Below, in pieces: positions 58,512 to 64,000 of a stretch of 64,000 nucleotides of DNA. Origin of the DNA: Longimicrobiales bacterium (lineage in GTDB: Bacteria > Gemmatimonadota > Gemmatimonadetes > Longimicrobiales > Gaopeijiaceae); the NCBI GenBank assembly GCA_965219445.1, contig CBDCNQ010000004.1, positions 672,001-736,000 on the forward strand, in the 5' to 3' direction. A model generated the notes under the pieces. It saw nothing but the letters and a program-made list of their open reading frames with translations. It was not told the origin of the DNA and ran no database searches. Position 1 is the first letter of the stretch, and each line of letters opens with the position of its first letter. A program made the translations under genes and the position numbers.

Positions 58512-61085
58512 ATGCGCCGATTCGTGTCGGTAGTCTTGGCTTGCTCGCTGCTCGCCCCATCGCTCAGCGCCCAGGCAGGTGGGCCTGCCCCGCCCACAAG
58601 CGACTCCGTCACGGTCGTTTCCGGGCAACAATACGAAGCCGGCGGCCTGTTCATGACCTTCATGGGCCGTGGGTACCGCGACCTTTGGACCACACCCATC
58701 CGCGTGCCCGTGGCCGACCTGTCCCTGTGGGGTGGCGGCGGGTTGACGCCCTTCGATGTCGGCGGTGGCTTGACCACACAGACGCTCCACCTCCGCGGAG
58801 CCGACGGCAGACGCTACGTACTACGATCGGTAGACAAGTTTCCCGGAGCGTTGGGCGAGGAACTGCAGGGAACCCCGGTCGAGGCGCTCATTCAGGACCA
58901 GTTGTCCTCATTTCACCCGTCGGGAGCCGTGATCACGGCAAGGCTTCTCGAAGCGGTCGGTGTACTCCATCCGCAACCACAACTCGTCCACGTCCCGGAT
59001 AGCCCGCTGCTAGGGGAGTACCGCGAGCAGTTCGCCGGTATGCTGGCGCTCTTCGAAGAGCGGCCGGACGATCTGCCCGATGGAGAGGCCGGCTTCGCCG
59101 GCTCTCGACGGATCGAGCAGACCCCCGACCTGTTCGATGAGCTCGAAGAGGATCCCGGGGATCGCGTAGACCTCTATGAGCTACTCAAGGCTCGCCTGAT
59201 CGACATCCTGGTAGGTGACCGTGATCGTAGTGAGAACAACTACCTCTGGGCTCGATTCGACGATGTGGACGGCGGATACGTCTGGCGTCCCGTTCCCCGT
59301 GACCGGGATCAGGCATTCGTACGGTTCGATGGCGTCCTGAAGAGTATCGGCCGTTCTTACGACCGGCGTCTCGTCCGTTTCGGCGAAGATTACCCGGATA
59401 TACGGGGGCTCACCCGGAACGCCTGGGACATCGATCGCAATCTCCTGGTCGGGCTCGATCGAGCCACCTGGAATGCCACGGTAGAAGAGGTAGCCGCCTC
59501 GCTCACGGATGACGTGATCAGAGAGGCCGTCTCGCGTATGCCTCCAGAGCACTACGCAATTCTGGGGCCCGACCTCGAGGCAAAACTGAGGAGTCGTCGT
59601 GACGACTTAGCGGAGGCGGCTCGCGAATTCTACGAGATCGTTTTCGAGTGGTCCGATATTCATGCCACAGACGAAGACGAAGTGGCAACGATAGACCATC
59701 TCGAGGACGCAAGCATTCGTGTCTTGCTGCAGGAACGCGGTCCGAACGCGGAGCCACAGGGCTCGCCGCACTTCGAGCGCGTATTCTTCCCGGACGAGAC
59801 CCGAGAGATCCGGATCTACCTTCACGGCGGGGACGACCTGGCCCGAATCCGTGGCGCCGGCAATTCACCGATTGATATCCGCCTCGTTGGTGGCGGTGGC
59901 CGGGACGAGTTCGTCAACTCGTCTGCTGCGCGTGGGATCCGAGTCTTCGATGCCGGCGATGCCACGGTGAGGACCGGTCCAGGCATACGGTTCGCGAATC
60001 GGGGAGCCCCTCGCCCCTGGTCGTGGGCCGGTGAGTCTCTTCGCGTATTGGATTGGGGATCCCAGACTTCCCCCCAGGTCCGGATGGGGTTCGACGTCGA
60101 CCGTGGACTCATGTTAAACGTCGGCCTCAAGCAGACGACCTACGGCTTCCTCACCTACCCCTACTACTTGCGCACCCAGACGAGCGTCGGATGGGCGTTC
60201 GGACGATCGAAACCGTTCGTGGACTATAGGCAGTACTTCCGGGGCCTGTTCCGGGGTAGTGCGGATCTCAGCCTCCGAGCCAGCTACTCGGGAGTGGACG
60301 TGGTCAACTTTTATGGCTTGGGCAACGAGACCATAAAGGACGGGCCTTCAGACTTCTTCAAGGTGGATCAGGGTCAGTTCGTCTTTACCGGAACGCTGAG
60401 CTTCGGCGACGGCGAGAAGACGGAACTGGCCATCGGTCCTGTCTTCAAGCGGACCACATCCGACACGACGGGCACCGACAATTTTGTCGCGGACCGACAG
60501 CCGTATGGATCCGGAACGTTGTTGCAACTCGGAGTTCAGGCTTCACTCGACCAGGACGGGCGAGACCACCCGACATGGCCCACGAGGGGTTACCACCTTA
60601 CAGCGGGTACTGCTTACTACCCCGAAGTCCTCGATCTGGAGAGTTCTGTCGTGGAGGCCCACGGGGAGATTGCGGCCTTCCTGTCTCCCAGTGGCGGGAA
60701 CCCCACTCTGGCTACTCGCGTTGGGGGAAAACGCCTGTGGGGTGCGATGATCCCCTACTATGAGGCCGCCTTCCTCGGAGGGTCCGACAACATACGGGGA
60801 CCCCGCGAACAGCGCTTTGCCGGGCGCTCATCTCTCTACGGCAGTGCCGAGTTGAGAGTCGGCCTCGGGCGTTTCTTCTTCCTTTTCCCTGCCGACTTCG
60901 GGCTCTTCGGGTTCGGCGATGTGGGCCGCGTGTTTGAAGAGGGCACCCGGTTCGACGAATGGCACACCTCGTACGGCGGGGGCATCTGGTTCGCACCGGT
61001 GTTACGGGCGAACACCTTACAGGTATCGATGGCCAGGAGTGGGCAGCGAACGGCCATATACTTTGGGCTCGGCTTCGCCTTTTAG
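58512..61085 (+). CDS. Secreted atypical-kinase-like domain fused to a BamA/TamA (Omp85) barrel
   Basis: Signal peptide; GGGLTTQTLHL...YVLRSVDK; DILVGDRDRSENNYLW; PRDRDQAF; barrel motifs LGGSDNIRG, FGDVGRV, YGGGIWF, terminal GLGFAF. Confidence 0.75.
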   Translation: MRRFVSVVLACSLLAPSLSAQAGGPAPPTSDSVTVVSGQQYEAGGLFMTFMGRGYRDLWTTPIRVPVADLSLWGGGGLTPFDVGGGLTTQTLHLRGADGRRYVLRSVDKFPGALGEELQGTPVEALIQDQLSSFHPSGAVITARLLEAVGVLHPQPQLVHVPDSPLLGEYREQFAGMLALFEERPDDLPDGEAGFAGSRRIEQTPDLFDELEEDPGDRVDLYELLKARLIDILVGDRDRSENNYLWARFDDVDGGYVWRPVPRDRDQAFVRFDGVLKSIGRSYDRRLVRFGEDYPDIRGLTRNAWDIDRNLLVGLDRATWNATVEEVAASLTDDVIREAVSRMPPEHYAILGPDLEAKLRSRRDDLAEAAREFYEIVFEWSDIHATDEDEVATIDHLEDASIRVLLQERGPNAEPQGSPHFERVFFPDETREIRIYLHGGDDLARIRGAGNSPIDIRLVGGGGRDEFVNSSAARGIRVFDAGDATVRTGPGIRFANRGAPRPWSWAGESLRVLDWGSQTSPQVRMGFDVDRGLMLNVGLKQTTYGFLTYPYYLRTQTSVGWAFGRSKPFVDYRQYFRGLFRGSADLSLRASYSGVDVVNFYGLGNETIKDGPSDFFKVDQGQFVFTGTLSFGDGEKTELAIGPVFKRTTSDTTGTDNFVADRQPYGSGTLLQLGVQASLDQDGRDHPTWPTRGYHLTAGTAYYPEVLDLESSVVEAHGEIAAFLSPSGGNPTLATRVGGKRLWGAMIPYYEAAFLGGSDNIRGPREQRFAGRSSLYGSAELRVGLGRFFFLFPADFGLFGFGDVGRVFEEGTRFDEWHTSYGGGIWFAPVLRANTLQVSMARSGQRTAIYFGLGFAF

Positions 61086-61171
61086 TGTGGTGGTCGCGGA
61101 GTCGGCGTGCCGACGAAATTTCTGCGCCAATGCTGACCCTCAACGTGAACTCGACTCGATTCGCAGACGCG

Positions 61172-62044
61172 ATGAGGCAAATCTGGACCTTCACGGTTCT
61201 CTCGGTCGTTGTTTCACCGATTGCCTTGTTTGCCCAGGATTGGGCGCTCGAGGCCGACCTCGAGCTGGCGAGCCACTACGAGTGGCGTGGTTTGCAGTTG
61301 GATCCGGGGCACAACGTCCAGCACGCCGTATATGGGTCTCTAGCCTGGCGTGAGATGATCTTGACGGCGGGGGTTTGGTCGCTAACGGATCTGTCGGCGG
61401 AAGCGGCGGTCGGCCTTCCGCGGCGCTGGGCCTTCGAGACGAACCCTTGGATCGAAGCCTCGTTGGGTGGGAACCGAGGTCACCTAGTGGCGGGGCTTAC
61501 ACGATATGCCTTCCGAAGTCCAGATCCGGGGACGGTCTTCAGGAGAGGGAACACCTGGGAGGTGTACGCCGGGGCACGAGGCGCCATGCCCGGGGCTCCC
61601 CTGCTGGGTGAGGCAACCGTCTTTTGGGACGTCGACCGGGTCGGCGGAGTCTATGGCGAACTCGCCGCCATACTTCAGATCCCGGTTTGGGTTGGACTGG
61701 TCGTGCCCATCGGATCGATGTTTCTGGAGGGCCGGAGTGGTTTCGCCCTGGGACAGGAACGCAGTGTCGACGACACCGACCCTTCCAACTACCTCTTTGA
61801 GGACCGGGGCATCACACACGTCGACGTCTCGCTTCGCACCACGCTTCTGCCGGTCCCCGCCGGTCCGTTCTCCGCGTCACTTACCCTGGATGCCCACTGG
61901 GCCCGGGGCCTGGATCCGGAGACGAAACGACTGGGGGTGCGAGTCGCCGGGAGTCGCGACAGGACCCGGTGGTGGTGGGGCTTTGGGTTACGATTCACCC
62001 TTCCTCGTTGCCGTCCAGAAAGAGAGCTATGTCAAGATCTGTAA
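61172..62044 (+). CDS. Putative outer-membrane beta-barrel (TorF/TIGR02001-like)
   Basis: Signal peptide, LASHYEWRGL N-terminal strand, alternating aromatic strands, WWWGFGLRF. Confidence 0.55.
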   Translation: MRQIWTFTVLSVVVSPIALFAQDWALEADLELASHYEWRGLQLDPGHNVQHAVYGSLAWREMILTAGVWSLTDLSAEAAVGLPRRWAFETNPWIEASLGGNRGHLVAGLTRYAFRSPDPGTVFRRGNTWEVYAGARGAMPGAPLLGEATVFWDVDRVGGVYGELAAILQIPVWVGLVVPIGSMFLEGRSGFALGQERSVDDTDPSNYLFEDRGITHVDVSLRTTLLPVPAGPFSASLTLDAHWARGLDPETKRLGVRVAGSRDRTRWWWGFGLRFTLPRCRPERELCQDL

Positions 62045-64000
62045 GCAGCGGAACGATCAACGGCACCGAAGCCAGGACCCTGTCGCTCATGGGAGCGCTG
62101 GGAATCATCGGAGTGCTGGGACTCAGCGGGTGCGCCTCCATCCAGGAGACGGCGCTTCCCCAGCCGGTCTCTCCGCCCCCCACCGCCCCACCCCCCGCGC
62201 CTGTGCCGGGCGGCCTCCTCGCGGGGTTTGGTGCTCGAGACATCACACCACCGCCGGGCGTGGGGATGAATGCCTTCTCTGCCGACAGCCGGCAGGCGGC
62301 AGGCTTTCGGCAACGGCTGTACGCACGGGCGATCGTCTTAGAGGATGACTCGGGCGAGCGCGTCGCGTTGGTGGTCGCCGATCTCGGAATGGTCTCGCTC
62401 CTCCTCCATCGCAGAGTGGCCGATCGAACTCTTCGGTCAGGGACTGGGATCGGAGCCGACCGTCTGCTCCTCTCCGCGACCCACACGCATTCGGGTCCAG
62501 GGAATTTCTTCGCGGCCGACGGATACAACGCCAACGCCGGACGCTTCGCCGGCTTCGACCCCGTAGTCACGGATTTCCTGATCGATCGGATCGCCGGTGC
62601 GATCGAGGATGCGGCTTTGGATCTGCAACCCGCCCGAGCGGGTTGGCGCTTCGAGCCGGTCTGGGATTTCACGTTCAACCGGAGCTACGAAGCATATGAG
62701 CGGAACACGTCTCCGCGCGTGACAGTCAATCCCGTTGCGGCCCGCCCGTTGGATCAGCAGGCGGTCGACTCCACCTTCGTGCTCCTCCGCATAGATCGCT
62801 GCGACACTCAGTGGCAGAACTGCGCACCCCGCGGCGCTTACGGTGTGTTTCCCATTCACAGTAGTAACATCCCGGCCTCCAACAACCTCTTCGACTCAGA
62901 CATCCATGGCGTAATCGCACGGACGGTCGAGGACCATATCCGGGGGGTCCGGAGCGGTGGGGCAGGCCCGGCGGCGGCAGGTGTGATTGCCGGCGGCGAG
63001 GCTTTTTTCCTCCTCGCCCAGGGCGCCCACGGGGACGTGGGCGCGAACCTGCGGGACCCGGTTCCGTGCAGGTTATACCGCTTCCTACCGGAACGTCGGC
63101 CGGCCGGTCCCAGAACCCTCCCGGCTCCAGAAGCGTGGCGGGCACCGATGTCCGAGGTCGAATCCTGTCTCGACGAGACGCGGCTCGAGGTGGACTCTTT
63201 CGCGTCGGCCCTTGGAGCTCGCGCCACGGGAATCTTCGACCGTGCCGCTCCCGCTCTCTCATCGGACCTGTCTATCGGGCGCGCGTTCGCTTCCGTAGAC
63301 CTTCGAACCTACACCGGGCCGCACCAGACCTGTTGGCCGCCCCGAATGGGTGCCGCCGGGGTTGGTGGTGCGGAGAAGGGCTACATCCGGACATGGAAGC
63401 AGCGCTTGTTCTTCTTCAATATGAACTTCGACGAGGGCGGATCGGCCGCACGGGATACGCCCGACGGCTGCTTCGGGCATAAGAAAGTCCAGCTCCCCAT
63501 GTTGATCAAAGAATACACGCTACCTCAAGTTTTTCAGTTCGGCGTGTACAGGCTGGGTGATGTCCTGATGGGGTCAGTACCGGTAGAGCCGACGACCGAG
63601 GTCGGCGCTCTGATACGGGAAACCCTCCTCGTGAGCGCGCCGGACGGCGTCGAACGCGCCCTAGCGATCAGTCTGGCCAACGGCTACGCAAGCTACGTTG
63701 CCAGTGCCGAGGAATACGAGGCACAACACTACGAGGGAGGCTCGACGCTGTACGGGCCCAACACGGCCGAAATGATCGCGTACGAGTTGGGGCAGTTGGC
63801 CGCCAGCCTAAGTAGCGGGAGTCCGACCGTATCCGTGAACACCGCTCAGGCATTTCATGCGGAAAGCCCCAGTCATTTTTGGGCGCCCCGTCCGATTCCG
63901 GCGGAGTTCCCCCGAGAGGTACTCGACGGGGTCTGCAGTGCGGAGGAGGTTCGAATCCGATGGGCCGACCTCAGACCAGGCACGCTGGTCCCGGCGGACG
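62029..64000 (+). CDS. Neutral/alkaline ceramidase family lipoprotein (runs off window end)
   Basis: Manual translation: LSGC lipobox, AGFGARDITPP, RLYARAIVL, LSATHTHSGPG, SLANGYASYVASAEEYEAQHYEGGSTLYGP; not in ORF track because no stop lies in the window. Confidence 0.85.
   Translation, partial: MSRSVSSGTINGTEARTLSLMGALGIIGVLGLSGCASIQETALPQPVSPPPTAPPPAPVPGGLLAGFGARDITPPPGVGMNAFSADSRQAAGFRQRLYARAIVLEDDSGERVALVVADLGMVSLLLHRRVADRTLRSGTGIGADRLLLSATHTHSGPGNFFAADGYNANAGRFAGFDPVVTDFLIDRIAGAIEDAALDLQPARAGWRFEPVWDFTFNRSYEAYERNTSPRVTVNPVAARPLDQQAVDSTFVLLRIDRCDTQWQNCAPRGAYGVFPIHSSNIPASNNLFDSDIHGVIARTVEDHIRGVRSGGAGPAAAGVIAGGEAFFLLAQGAHGDVGANLRDPVPCRLYRFLPERRPAGPRTLPAPEAWRAPMSEVESCLDETRLEVDSFASALGARATGIFDRAAPALSSDLSIGRAFASVDLRTYTGPHQTCWPPRMGAAGVGGAEKGYIRTWKQRLFFFNMNFDEGGSAARDTPDGCFGHKKVQLPMLIKEYTLPQVFQFGVYRLGDVLMGSVPVEPTTEVGALIRETLLVSAPDGVERALAISLANGYASYVASAEEYEAQHYEGGSTLYGPNTAEMIAYELGQLAASLSSGSPTVSVNTAQAFHAESPSHFWAPRPIPAEFPREVLDGVCSAEEVRIRWADLRPGTLVPAD

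Overview
High-GC bacterial chromosomal window, probably Gemmatimonadota (inferred from protein style and gene content, not from a search). The left end is the conserved tRNA(Tyr-Gly-Thr)-tuf-rpmG-secE-nusG-rplKAJL-rpoBC cluster on the minus strand. tRNA-Thr(TGT) is separated from it by a ~7.8 kb block (M3 peptidase, Tat lipoprotein, saccharopine dehydrogenase family, GGDEF, receiver, NHL protein). The middle is mostly housekeeping: cysS, pyrF, pyrD, amidase, smpB, pgi, rnd, dksA, rocD, sufE, nrdJ with tandem NrdR boxes, anmK-murQ, ggt and an ABC transporter. Two genes carry single-base frameshifts, one an unusual ClpB-D2 AAA+/receiver fusion. The most interesting part is the right end. ppk1 is translationally coupled to an orphan Pycsar-effector-like (PycTM/DUF5706) membrane protein that has no cyclase partner. 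Next come a secreted atypical-kinase/Omp85-barrel fusion, a TorF-like porin and a ceramidase-family lipoprotein. An internally deleted second copy of the kinase-barrel gene sits just upstream of ppk1. This may be an uncharacterised polyphosphate-linked envelope system. No integrase, transposase, CRISPR array or rRNA was seen. All family assignments come from motif recognition by eye.
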